Shown here: positions 26,201 to 38,800 of the stretch, in pieces
Position numbering within the stretch: position 1 is the stretch's first letter
Layout: each line of letters opens with the position of its first letter
NCBI RefSeq assembly: GCF_052425735.1
Contig: NC_135763.1
Location: forward strand, 10,788,001 to 10,852,000
Length of the DNA stretch: 64,000 bases
Direction of reading: 5' to 3'
DNA from: Oculina patagonica
Taxonomy: Eukaryota
Notes under the pieces: generated by a model
Told to the model about the DNA's origin: nothing
Databases searched by the model: none
What the model saw: only the letters and a program-made list of their open reading frames with translations
Made by a program: the position numbers and the translations under genes

Positions 26201-29200
26201 TTGATGTATATTTTCCAGCCACCACACGCTCTTCGAAAGATGTGTCAAAAAAGGCTTCTAGACTCAAGAATAAAGTGCGACTTACTCGATACTGATCGAA
26301 TTTCTGGGTTTACTGCCTTGGCTGCCCATCTCAGACATCTCACCGAAACTTCGGATTCTCCGATCACTGTCGAAAACTTCCGAAAGCACTAACCCGAGTT
26401 ATCACGGAAAGTGACCCCCCAATCGGAAAAAACTGCATGACAACAATGTGTAGACTTTAAAGTCCACACAAAAAACGAAAGAATTTTTAGGATCACTGAA
26501 AGGTAATGTAATGTTTTTTTTTTTGTTACAACAGGATAATGTCGCGGACCCAGGCCCATCCGAGGGGTGCATGTATATAGCCCAGTGCGTCTGTCAATAC
26601 CAAAACTAAGGTATTCATAGGGCCAATAACTAACATCAACCAATCAGATTACCCCATTGCCGGTCCAATAATTTCTAAGTATTGAAAGGAGTATTCCCAA
26701 ATGATCACGCCCGTAATTTGTGCATTGTAATGACTTAGACGGTAAAAAATAAACTTGACACGCATGGAAACCCTCTTGTACTTTTAATTGGTTTGTAAAA
26801 TTACGTTTGGATGGTGATTTGGGTCTGTGTGTTGGTAGGTGACTGACAAGGGTTAGAATGGAAAGTTGGTGGATGGGAACTGGGCAGGGGTGGCATAATG
26901 AGTATGCGGGATTGGGGGGGGGGGGGGGTAGGTTGAATGGGCCTGTGGGTGAGAGGGTGGTTTAGGCTGCGTAGATCCGTGGGTCCCTATGTGCCACGAG
27001 GCATGAGCAGGATAGGTGAGATCCGTGGGTATGTGGGTGTATGAATGGGTTGTTCGTTCATTGTAAGAAGAGTATCACAAGTAAGTACTTACCCACTGCG
27101 TGCAGGTCATTTGGACTCCAAATTAACTCGTCAACCACGGAACGGCGATGAATTAATGAATGCGTGTCTCGCTCGAAATCGAATATTTCAATGGCTTGAG
27201 CGTCTGGTCGGTGATTCACCACAAACAGGGACACCGTACCCGAGGATGGATCCCGATACACACTGATCCCGTGCGGGTTGAATCCCGTGCGATTGAAGTT
27301 CTTCAGTGTTAATTCAACTGGATCTTGGCTGGGTTTGTTCAAGTCGAGTGTCATCAGTTTACTGTCCCGTGTGTCAAGCACTGGGTCGTACCACATGCCA
27401 ATTTTGTAGCGAACCCCCTGTTTGATAAACATTAAGAAAAACTCTCAATATAAAATAAATAGAGCGGTTTTCACTTGAGTGTCGAATGTCATTTGCGTTT
27501 GCTTTGGTTTTGCACTGCTACGCTTAGTGATTGGTTTAAACAACTTGCGACACTTTTTCAGTCAGTCAAAAGTAAAACAAAAATCATTTGTTACTCGTTC
27601 GCACACCTTTCTCCTTGCTTAGGCTATGTTTATACGGGACGGGTTCCAAACGGATCCGGTCCTAAAATCGGGCCGGATAGGGCTTCTGTTTACATGGAAC
27701 CGTTTGGAACTGATCCAGGTGTTTACACGAGACCGTTATGGAACCGGTCCGTAACGGATCCAATACTGGACCTGCAAAACAACAGGCCCAGTTTTGGATC
27801 CGTTCTGGACCGTTTCCAGAACGATCCGGATCCCGTGTAAACAGAAGCCCTATCCGGCCCGATTTTCGGACCGGATCCGTTTGGAACCGGTCCCGTGACA
27901 GAAGGGAGAGGAAATTATAGAGGAGCTTACAGGGAGGTTCATGTTCCCTTGCTACCCCCCAAAAATCCCTTGTGTTTCCTTGTTCCCAAAAACGTTTTTC
28001 CCAATTTTGTGATCCCTAGTTGTTCCCTAAAATATCAGAAACAAGCTTTTGTTGCCGTGTTCCTTTTATTTCCTTATTTCCAATTATTTTATGGCCATGT
28101 TCTCTTGTTCCCTGAAACTCCTAAAGACTCAGCCCGACTTCTACAATTCAAAACCTCGTGCACGCGAACTCGTGATAAAACTCCTTTTTAATTAATATAG
28201 AATAATTCTAACAAAACTAGACCATTACGTTTAAAATAAAGGTTTCCACTGAGACAAACTACATTCATGATAAAACAAACACTTACAGATGATACAAAAA
28301 CCAGTCCATCAGGAAGGAGAGCGAGATCCTCGGAACCATTCACTGAAAGATAATAACAGGACACGGGATGTTAGAAAGTTAACCTGAGAACAACGCACCT
28401 TAGCTGAAACTAAGGACGTTATCCGCATGGTTCGTTTTAAATTGTAGGATTTTTTAATTTTTTTATTGTGGTATCAGTCAATTAAGGAATTTTTATTTTT
28501 TATATATTTATATCATAGTTAATAAAAAAATTCAGTAGTTAGCATTTTACATTTTTTATTTTAATTTATCTTGATCATATTTTTTTCACGTAATAAAGTA
28601 TCTATGTATCTAACATCTAATCTATCTAATTCAGTTATCGATTTCCTCTGGAGTTCCGTCATACATTTACTGTATAATTTAACCATCGGTAACTCGAAGC
28701 AGTTTTCGTTTCCCTTCAGGGCATTTCCTATATAATTCAAAGTTATTCCTGAATAATTTTACTCTCGGTAATTCGAACCATGCCTGACACTAATACGTGA
28801 CAAGTCAAAACCAACAGTCACTGTGGTCCAAAACATAGAATTCATTTTGAAGCAGCCGTGTAATGTTTGTTCTTTTTTGCATTAAACAAAACGTGTCAGT
28901 CCAGCTTCTTTGGTTTAGGGTGCGTTTAACTACAATGATTGTATCTTTATAAAGCGTTGCTGCTTAAAAAATGTCATTAAATCTCTTGCGTCCCTTGAAG
29001 TGCAGTGTGCACGGCACCGATCTATATAGTAGTTTAGAAATGTATAGTTTCATTTTTACTCGCCTTCTCTATACTGTAATGGAATTTGATAACTGAAACC
29101 TTTTTCAATTTCCAATCACAAATCACAAGCCTATTTTCCTTCAAGTCACGAATCATGTATATTTTTTAGACCATTTCACGAGTCAGGTATTCACATCTAC

Positions 29201-31194
29201 ATTATCATAGGTGGAGAAGCACAAGGGGAGGGGGGACAGGGGGGCTGAGCACCCCCCCCCCCCTAAGTAAGTTTGCGCAGCATAAAATTGGTTTCATTCT
29301 CGTGATCTTTTTACAAATTGTATCATCAGGATCGTGCTTGGCGAAATAATATGGTGTAGGTCTTTTAACGAAACTCCTCTCCCAAAAACGCTACTAGGAG
29401 AGGTCATCAAGGTGTAAGGATTGTATTTGCGGCGACTTCCGTGGTGGTGGGTGGCACTTGGCTTGGTGCACGAAGAGCCCCCCACGTTTCAAAATGCTCC
29501 ATCGCCTCTGATTATTGATGAAGATGAGTTTTAAGAACTTACCTTCCAGTGGCCTAGTAGCAAGACTCTTTGATTTAACAAACCCATAAATCGACCCATA
29601 GTAAGAGGGTACCCTCACTACTAACCGATGGTCGAGCCGAGAGAACGTGTCCTCCATTCATGGTCAATCTTTGGCTTTATGAATCGTACGTTTGTCCATT
29701 TTGGTTTACTACCGTAAAGTAGGTAATTTCATTTTCGGTTTTCACGAATGATTTTTGTCAGAATCACGGATCACAGTCTTAAAAATAAGCAGATCACGCG
29801 TTATGTTAGGGTGCGTTTCTTTGGGAAAATCCAAAATTGGATCATTGATCTCAGATCACACGGATACTTTGCTCCCAAAGAAACGAAGAATCCGAAAACG
29901 GATTTTTTGCCATGACAACCCCGTAAACACATTACACACAGAACATAAAATATCAGCACAAATTTATTTTTCGTCGAATGTATGCTAGCTAAAATAATTT
30001 AAGCATACAAAATCTTTGGAAAGATTTCCGCACAGGACCCTACATTAATTTATATGTATGCAACTATTTCATACCATCACTATACATAAACAGCAATCAT
30101 GAAAAGAACGAATCAGTCAGAAAATTGTATGCATAATTAATGTAGGGTCCTGTGCGGAAATCTTGCCAAATCTTTTACAAAAACCACACGTCGAAGTAGA
30201 TCTTCTTTAGCGTTAAGCAGAATGTGCCGAGAAAGCATCTAAGAGCGAAGAATGATTGCGAAATGATCAGTGCAAATTTCACTCGTGACAATTTCAAAAG
30301 GATACAACTTCCGTAGGCACACAGTCGCTGTTCTAGAAAACCTGTATCCCGTTTAAAATGATACTACATACCTATCTGAAGCTACCGTTTCCTTTCATCG
30401 TGAAATATTTTTGTATTTTGATCGAAATAACCGCCTAAAACTTTCCGTATGGCAGTGTTTACAAAGAGCGAACCTGTATTTTCACAGCAAAGACCGCTGG
30501 GCCAAGGTACTTTTTTCGAATCCTTTCCCAAAGAAACGCACGGATCGTGAATCCTAAAAATCCGGATTCAGATATGATCTGATGTATCCACTCGAAGTGT
30601 GGATTCTTCAGATCATTGATCCAAGATTAATCCATTTTCGGATATAGTTAAAGAAACGCAAAATCCGTTTTTGGATCAAGAATCCGGATTTGGATTTTTC
30701 CCAAAGAAACGCACCCTTTACATGCCTTTAGACTGGCAATTAACGGATCACGGCTAGACTTGGGGGCGGAGAGAGAGAGACCCTGGAAACGAGGTTGAGA
30801 CTTAAGCAGTATTCACATGTCACGTTCTATTTTTTGCTTAAATCACGCGTCACGCAAAACCCTTTACCACCCTGCTTGAGGTCCTTGTAAACACGAAAAA
30901 CCAAATTTCTTGAATCGAAACGTACTTTAAAGTAACTTACCTTTTATTATTCTGCATGGTCCGGGAGAGTGATCGACGACATGAGTGAAAAACCCAGCCA
31001 AAATTCTGAAAAATGAAAGGGAATCATTGTCCGACATTTATCATTTGTGCATCAACTCAGAACGCGATGTTTTTCGTATTTACATCACGTTTACATGTAC
31101 ATGTATAGTATCACTTGACTTACAGTGTTTTAAGGACATGCGATGCTAGTACGGTGACGAGAAAAAACGCCGCAAATACAGCTAGGCGACCCAT
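23294..31194 (-). CDS. PON: Paraoxonase/arylesterase paralogue C, 7 exons, 369 aa (inverted relative to A and B)
   Basis: Exons (minus) 31194-31124, 31005-30941, 28342-28287, 27417-27093, 25876-25690, 23932-23851, 23617-23294; same exon lengths as A/B, GT-AG, no stops. Confidence 0.95.
24429..24518 (+). pseudogene. 90-bp inverted copy of the PON-C exon 4 3' end plus splice donor, inserted in a decayed SINE in PON-C intron 5
   Basis: 87/90 identical to the reverse complement of 27083-27172; carries PON-C-diagnostic bases (cgTtccgtggtTgacgagttAatt). Confidence 0.95.
24609..24991. mobile_element. Kolobok-like MITE (TTAA-flanked, purine-start TIRs)
   Basis: TTAA|GGAACTCTGTCA...TGACGTAGCTCCT|TTAA; imperfect TIRs. 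Confidence 0.55.
25024..25474. mobile_element. MITE with CCCGGGGGGGGGTACTCCCATA termini
   Basis: Clear TIRs, flanked by an AGGCGCCC duplication, with internal ACCCTATTTAAGG repeats; decayed relatives at ~10976-11310 and ~18354-18710. Confidence 0.85.
27622..27898. mobile_element. Palindromic MITE (GGAACCGGTCC/GGATCCG repeats) in PON-C intron 3
   Basis: ACGGGACGGGTTCCAAACGGATCCGGTCC is mirrored by GGACCGGATCCGTTTGGAACCGGTCCCGT. Confidence 0.75.
29809..30716. mobile_element. Harbinger-type non-autonomous element in PON-C intron 2
   Basis: TIR GGGTGCGTTTCTTTGGGAAAA / TTTTCCCAAAGAAACGCACCC flanked by TTA/TTT; internal hairpin ~30016-30170. Confidence 0.8.
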
Positions 31195-31538
31195 GGATGC
31201 AGTGTGGATTGATTCCAATTTGCAGAACAGCGACAGGTCACAAAAGAACTGATGGCAGCCCACGACAAGAATGGAATTGGTATTGCGTGACATACTTTGT
31301 GCAATATTCTGGCTGTTCACGCAATCTGTCCTCCCGACCCGCAATAAAAGCTTGTGCTTGTTCACTAAATGACCAAAAATGTCTGTTTCCTTTCTCCTTT
31401 TTCCCTGTCAATTTTTACATGCGGGCTTTCCATGATCCATTTGTATGGAGAAACCAGTTGTTCTGGTGAAATTATTCCTTTTTGTTTCGTTTCCTCAGAA
31501 ACGATACGGTATTATTTTGGCTTCGATGTGAAAACAGT

Positions 31539-32211
31539 GGGGGCTACTATCCAATCAGAAGAACGGTCGTAACCACAAAGTAAATACGTTTGACCGAAGG
31601 CAATTAATTTCGTAAAAACATGTTCTTCAAATATCGGAAAGATATTCTTCAGCATGATCAAAAAATATTGAGGTTCGTTGCAAACAGAAGTATCTGACGA
31701 CTCCAATGGTTTTAAGTTTGATTAAAGCGATGTATTGTAAGAAAACTACAGAAAGCTCTCGTGGCGTTTAATTGTTAAGTAAACATTCTAGCGATTTTCT
31801 GAAACGGAAGTAAATTTCCACCAATCAGTGTTTGCAAGCGCAAACAAAAACGGGATGACTTGTCGTGTTTGCTCGCACGGGGGGCTGCTATCCAATCACA
31901 AGAACGGTCGTAACCACAAAGTAAATACGTATGACCGAAGGCAATTAATTTCGTAAAAACAGTCATGTTCTTCAAATATCGGAAATATATTCCTCAGCAT
32001 GACCAAAAATATTGAGATTCGTTGCAAACAGAAATATCTAACGACTGCAATGGTTTTAAGTTTGATTAAAGCGATGTATTGTAAGAAAACTAGAGAAAGC
32101 TCTCGTAGCGTTTAATATTATTCTGAAACGGAAATAAATTTCCACCAACCAGTGTTTGCAAGCGCAAAAAAAAACGGATGACTTTGCATATCTCGTGCTT
32201 GCTCGCACGGG
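31539..32211. repeat. Tandem direct duplication of a ~340-bp unit upstream of PON-C
   Basis: Unit 1 31539-31878 and unit 2 31879-~32211 both begin GGGGCT(A/G)CTATCCAATCA and are colinear with scattered substitutions and short indels. Confidence 0.9.
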
Positions 32212-33862
32212 AGAAGTGCATATTTGCAGGTGACTTACAAAGTTAATTTCACTTCATGTAACAGAGGAATGTATAAATGTGGGAGATTGCCATATTCTAT
32301 TTGTACAGGAAAATTCACGGCATCTTCGAAGTCACAAACAGCGCGAATACACGCAAAATTGCGTGGGTTTTCGCGTGGATGTACCCGGAATTGCGTGATC
32401 AGTGTCACGTCGGCGTCGCAAAAACATTCGAGTCTGCACGGGAAGTTGAGAGGTTAATTCTGTTCAAAGTTTAAATTTTGTATGGACAGTATCGTATAGC
32501 AAGGTGTGCAACTGCCGTGTCGAACTAAATTCGTCTCCTTAGTTGATGTAACGCTCAACATTAACTGCCGTTGCAACTGCTGGAGCAGATTTCTGGGATT
32601 AAATTAATGATAATTTTTTATAAACATTATTTGGATTATTCAAAGCCATCGCGGTCTGATCGAAACTCCACGGTATCGCCAAAAATGCAAATCGTTATTA
32701 TCAGTGTTACCAATGCAAGGCTGTTACACTGACAACAGAAGCAACTTGGCTGTGTCTTATTCTGTGGAGATAATTTTTTGCCGGGAGAGCGTGCAGCGCG
32801 GATCGAGCAAAATACAATCCTGGTATGACTATATATAACATATAACATAAAACTTTCTTTAAACTTAAATTTTGCTTAATTAAAAATCCTGGTTAAAAAT
32901 CTGTGTATGGTAGCTTTTTACATTAATTTGCCTGGTTGTTTACGTGTCTTTGTAAAGTGACAACAGGCATTTGATTTTGAAGAAATGGCTTCGAAACAGT
33001 GTGCTTATCTCTGTTCTTGTCGACCAGGGTTTTGGTTTGTCTTGAATTTGGCATTTATTTGATTTGAGCATGTGATCAACTCAGAGAAGTATATACCTCA
33101 AGCTTTTTGTCAAAAGGTAATAATGTCATCTACGATTAAAGTGTTGTTTTGCATTTTATCAGAGATCAGTAGTCACAAAACACTTTATTTATAGAACTGA
33201 TTTATTTTAGGATTGTTTGTTTAAAAAAAAAAATCATTTAAATTAATTGAATTACTCTGATCTTGCATTTCACTCTTGTGGTTTGATGTTTCCCCATATT
33301 GATAGGAATATATTTAAATATTTTCTGTATGTTATTTTTCCATTCATGTAACATTCAAAGTTATACTATCAGGTGCCATTTTTAAGCAAAAAAGTGTTCT
33401 GCAGAAATAAAAAAAATTCATTTTAATTTCCACTGGATGAGTAAAAACGATAAAGGCAAGCTCCCTTCACTTAACTTAATTTGGAGAGAAAGACACATGC
33501 TATTTCTATAAAGAGAAATATTTATGTGTTACTTGAACTCTTGAAAGCCAAACTGCAGCAGGACGTAGTTTATGTCTCCTTTACATAAAATGGACAGTAG
33601 GTGTTAAATGGGAATTTAAGTTACTACTGAATATGAAGTTCTTTTTTTCATTCTTCACTCGTGCATAAATTCGCCAAATTCAACATACACTAGGAAGTAA
33701 ACCACAAACCCACCTCTCCTGTTACACTATTCTCACCTTTTCGCAATCTGGAAACGAAATACTATTTCTTTTTGAAATAGCTGCTTGTTCACCGTCTGCC
33801 GGAATGCTCGGAATTCCGAATATCACTGTACCATTTTGCTTTTTCGCACGACTTCTCGCACT

Positions 33863-34060
33863 CCATTGCATTCAGTGGTTTATTAATGGTATATGAGCCA
33901 TCATTAATAAACCACTGAATGCAATGGATGAGTCCTAACAAGGACGAAACAGCTGTCCATGGCTGCCACTCTACGGGTAATAGGCTGTGCGCATGCGTAC
34001 AGGTCTTGGCCAGGCCGTGGAGATGTGTCGTGTGACCATTGCATTCAGTGGTTTATTTTT
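33863..34060 (+). mobile_element. Penelope/retrozyme-type LTR remnant with 5'-damaged hammerhead ribozyme and local inversion
   Basis: (G)ATGA-GTCC-taacaa-GGAC-GAAAC-AGCT-GTC at ~33927-33957; preceded by a palindrome (33863-33927) built from the element's own end sequence CCATTGCATTCAGTGGTTTAT, which recurs at 34037-34057. Confidence 0.7.
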
Positions 34061-34346
34061 TTTACATATACCATTGACCACCAAAATGGTGGCCGATACG
34101 CGTCAACGAAAATAGCTGGGGGGCTTAAATATTGCAATTCTTTGGGCGTTTTTAATAAAACAATTATTCCACTCGCGCTTGTTGGATAAGAGATCGTTAT
34201 AGCCAACTCGGCGCTACGCGCCTCGTTGAGACCCCGTCTATCTACCATCTCACATGAACTATTACAGTGCTCCACGATGAAATACGCGGTGGAAATTAAA
34301 GTTTTCAATATTGGAACACACACACACACTCGTTCCGTACCGATTC

Positions 34347-35626
34347 CAATCTCGAGCCCAGAGTGACCCCCGGCCCCGGCTCCGCGATCCGTCAGCGGTT
34401 GGTCAGCGGTAGGGTCGCCGGGACTCACTCTGGGAAACTGAATTTTAATTCAGTTGCCTACTGGTCCTCACAGAACAATAGAAATCAAGACGGAAGTCTG
34501 AAAATCCTCCCCGGAAGTAAACCAAACCGGAAACCCTGGAAAAGCATTTTTTGTTTTCCATGGCCAAATGTTGAGATGTATCACCTTAATTTTGTAAAAC
34601 AACTAAGAACTCGTGATATGGCGCTACATAAATGAAGTATTTTCTAATTCTACCATTTTTGAAATCAAAAGATGCCATGAATAAAAAAGGACTTCCTTTA
34701 AACGTCAATTCTGAACGGAGTTTTAAAACAACAGCGACGGCGTCACCAAGGACAAGGTCGATTGAAAACTCAATTTATAGTTGACTTACAAATCTCGCTA
34801 GAACTACTGTTTTCATTCAAATCTCCGTTACGGTTGAAAAACTGAATATCGCAGACAGTGCTTGATTCAAAATAATAACTAATAAAGAAGAATTTGAACA
34901 TTACGCGTTGTTGTTTTGCTGAAAAAAAGCACGTGAATTGCGTAAATTACGTGCACGAGCTGAGTCGCCGAAATGCTAATTACACCTTTTAAATAGCGTT
35001 GACTGGTGTGGCCTTTCACGTCTTTATTAATATTATCGCCATTCGACGAGGAAAAAATTATTTGCTCGAAAACATGTAATCTATCATGAAAAGATGCGCT
35101 GTCAGCGAGAGCCTCTGAAATATACGAAAGTCGCCAAACAAAACTTTTTATCAACAGAACAATAGCTTGTCCGTGCGTTGTGCATTATGTAAATGTCTTC
35201 ACCGTCGTCTGCAAAACAACATCTGACACACGCACGCAGTCTTCACAGGCGGAATCCTGGAAGGCAAATAAGATCTTTGATTTAAAACCAATATAGCAGT
35301 ATGCTCAAGAAAGAGACTAACGGAAATCAAAACACCAGACCCTCTTTTGTTAACTCTCTCTTTTGTTAACTGCAGAACGTTTTTGTTACTTTTGTTGCTT
35401 CGATAAACACCAGTTCTGTCGACACTGTGTTAGAAATAGTTCAACTTTCTCGATTTACTTCCGTTCTGGGAAATTTACTTCCGCTTAGACCTGAGAGCAT
35501 GCGCAATAAAAACCGGAAGACCAAGGTTCTACCTGAAATCGACCTGAAATTGATCTGATCAATTCCAGTTTCCCAGAGTCCATCCCGTACCGCTGACCGA
35601 CTAGACGGACTCTGGGCTCGAGATTG
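34347..35626. mobile_element. Non-autonomous DNA transposon between the divergent PON-C and hydrolase genes
   Basis: TIR CAATCTCGAGCCCAGAGT / ACTCTGGGCTCGAGATTG; flanks TACCGATTC and TACCGATTA (8/9 duplication). Confidence 0.85.
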
Positions 35627-35756
35627 TACCGATTACCATGCTTTTGGGATCTCTGGGTTCCAGGCTTCGCGCGCAACAGGTGGCCGCGTCAAATCAGACC
35701 AGTCCTACGCGGAAACAAAATGGCCGCTTCATAAACAAACGCAGAAACAATCGACG
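35450..35756 (+). promoter_or_regulatory. Probable promoter and first exon of the beta-lactamase-like gene
   Basis: ETS-type ACTTCCG (x2) and CCGGAAG, NRF1-like GCATGCGCA, YY1-type AAAATGGCCGC at 35717, donor G|GTAAG at 35756/35757. Motif-based inference only. Confidence 0.55.
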
Positions 35757-35890
35757 GTAAGATTATCTTTTTATTGAACTCTAATTTGATGTTAAGGCCT
35801 CCTACAACTATCTGTGCTTTAGGTAGTCACCAAATATATTGCAGATCAACTCTGAAGAGTTCCTACACGGGTCCCACGCCTGCTACACAG

Positions 35891-38800
35891 ATGGATTTTG
35901 AACGAAACCCTCGTCTTCTGAGCTGTCTTAGTGATCACAACTACTGGATCACTTGTGGTAAGATCAGTCACGTTTAAGCGTAATACCTTGGAGCTACACT
36001 GTAGTGCGCTTATCGAACTCAAGTTTTTCTGGATGACACTCACCCGAATTCCCCCCCCCCCCCCCCCCTGTATAAATGTTTAGCCGCAGGAGCGGGAGGC
36101 CGCGCATAGGAGGGGCATTTAAACCCGACGATTCCAATCAATGAGTATCAATAATCAATAAAATCAATAGTTATCAATAATAATCAATTGATTGATATTG
36201 ATTGATATTGATAATCAATTAAAATCAAAGCCGCAATGTTGAGTGATTTTCGATTTTCATTGATTTTCATTGATTGCCATTGATTGTCATTGATTTCTAT
36301 TAACTTAAATCGGTTTTATTTTTATTTATTTTTTTTAATAAATCTCACGGACGAGGACAGAGACCCAATTTTATTTCTGATATCTGATTACTGAAGTAAA
36401 GTACCACAGAAACAACAGTAATAATTAACAGTAACTTTTTATTATATTCATTTCTTTGCTGTATCATCCTATTGACATGTATTGACAACTATTTCAAACA
36501 TGCATTTCCTGCAATTTAGTCGGTGTGTTCGTTTATATGACATTAACAATAGCGTTACTCGAACTAGACTTCAATATTGTTTCGTTTTCTCAATTCTAGA
36601 TAGATCAGTGCAATCAAACAGAAACAATTTAACAATTTAATAAAATTTAACAATTTAATAAAATCGACTACACAAGAAATAGAAATCTTCACAGACATGG
36701 CGCCGATGATGTGTTTCAGTGTGTTTGCAAACGCGCCAGGAAACGTGTTAAATCAAGCAAATGCCTTTGTAGCCGGGTTTTTACTGTTGCACAATCAGCT
36801 ATTGATTATCAATTAAAATCAATGAAAATCAATGAAATTAAGACGGCTCGGTGAGTGATTTTTGATTTTTATTGATTATGTAAATTAATCAATATCAATC
36901 AATTGATTACTATTGATTAATATTGATTATATTGATTGAAATCAATGATTGATTTTCATTGATTGAAATCGTCGGGATTTAAACTTAGCTGAGATTTCCT
37001 GTTCAAATGCCCACCACAGGGCATTTATGGATGATCAAAACAGTCACTCAACTTCTATAAAATCTTGTGTTAGAAAGTCCACTAAAATATTCAAAAGTCC
37101 CCACTGTCAAATCCCCTGCCTATGCCTGGCCTCCCTCCCTTCTCGACTCGCCCTCTCCCCTCTCCCCTCTCCCTGCAGCTTAACATTGATGCATAACACA
37201 GGTATATATCTGTTGGACTAGATAAGACTTAACATGCCTATCTTGTCCAACAGCTGGCTGCTATATTTGTGTACTGAGAAGCACACTGGGTTGGACCTTG
37301 GGGTTTCTTGGAGAAGGGATGAACCTCCCTATGGACTCATTGTGAGGGACAGGGTCATATCATATACATCGTCAGCACTTTACCTCAGTTCCATTCCCAG
37401 GGTATTATTCCTAGGGAAATAAATTTTTTATTCGTTTTGTTGAGTATGGTCAAATGTTAAGCATGCTAACATTTTAGCCTGCAAATACAGCCATCTCTGC
37501 AGTATTTGCAAGCTAGCGTAGTGGTAGAAACAATGAGAGGTGGCTGTATTCACGGGCTATAACCTTTCGTACACAAAAATCGTCCACTTCTTGATGTGTT
37601 ACATGCACAAATGACTAGCTATTTAAAGGACTTTGTTGCATGTTTTTATTATTTTTTTTTAAATTTATTCTTTTATTTTTATTTTCAACTTTCTTCTTTA
37701 GATCCCCCAAGAGCCAATGGTTCAGTATCAGAGTCAATGCAGCCTTTTGATGATGTCATCCTTGATTTCATGACAGAGCAAGACATTCCTGGTGCAAGTG
37801 TTGCTTTGAGTAGAGATGGAATTCTGGTATATTGTCAAGGTAGAAATCACATAGTACGTAAACCTGCGAAATTCACTGTCTTTGGCAACTAATTTCACTT
37901 CATGTAAATTTGCTGCTATGGTCCTATTTTCCCAGAGGAGGAGTTAGGAACAAAGTTACTTTCAAAAATATTATTTACAAGGCTAAAAAGTTAAAAACCC
38001 TGATGATGACAACAAGTCCAAACGTTCTGTTTTTTTTAAATTTTATAACTTTTTAGCCTTGTAAATAATATTTTTACCTCTTTAGCGAACATTATAACAA
38101 CAAAAGTTACTTTTGCTGCATACTTTCCCTGAAACTAATAACATTCTTGTCAAAATTGAATTACCATCACAATTGATCAGCAGCTGCCTACTTACAGTTT
38201 TTCCATCTACATGCAAAGTTATCAAGACTCCCTGGACCTCATAGGAACCTCTACCCTTTGCCTTTCGCCTCAATCAAGTACCATACTACAAGGTTCTGTG
38301 ACATGGCATGAAATGTTATAGAGAGAACTGCCTGTAGTCTAGCCTTATACAATTCACGATATAGCCATTCGGTCCCCTTTTCTTTATACAGGCTATGGCA
38401 GTGCTGGTGTGGGAAGGAAAGTCCAACCTGACCTGTTGTTCAGGATTGCCAGCATTAGCAAGACAATTACTGCCGTGGGTATCATGCGACTGGTTGAAGA
38501 AAGAAAACTTTCCTTGGAAGATAGAGTGTTTGGACCACAAGGTATATATGTGCACATTCTCAACACTCCAAGTTAAGACCATTTTAGTCGCCATGGCAAC
38601 TAAAATTTTGGAGCTGGTGATTAAATTGGAGCCTGGCGACTAAAATTGAGAAGAAAGATTGAAAGCGTTTGCTTAATTTTGCAACTAAAATTTTTCACTG
38701 GTGACCAAACTTGAGCAGTCCGGTGGCCAAGTGACCACTGGGGAAAAAAATAAACTTGGAGGGTTGATTCTGATCAACTCTTTAAGCCCTGGGTCCAGTT

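Noticed and set aside
26201-26643. Short ORFs in PON-C intron 4
   Set aside because: No recognisable motifs or splice-consistent structure; probably repeat debris.
4438-31194. PON copies as uncollapsed alleles
   Set aside because: Introns differ in length and insertion content, exon 5 is strongly diverged, and copy C is inverted; these are paralogues.
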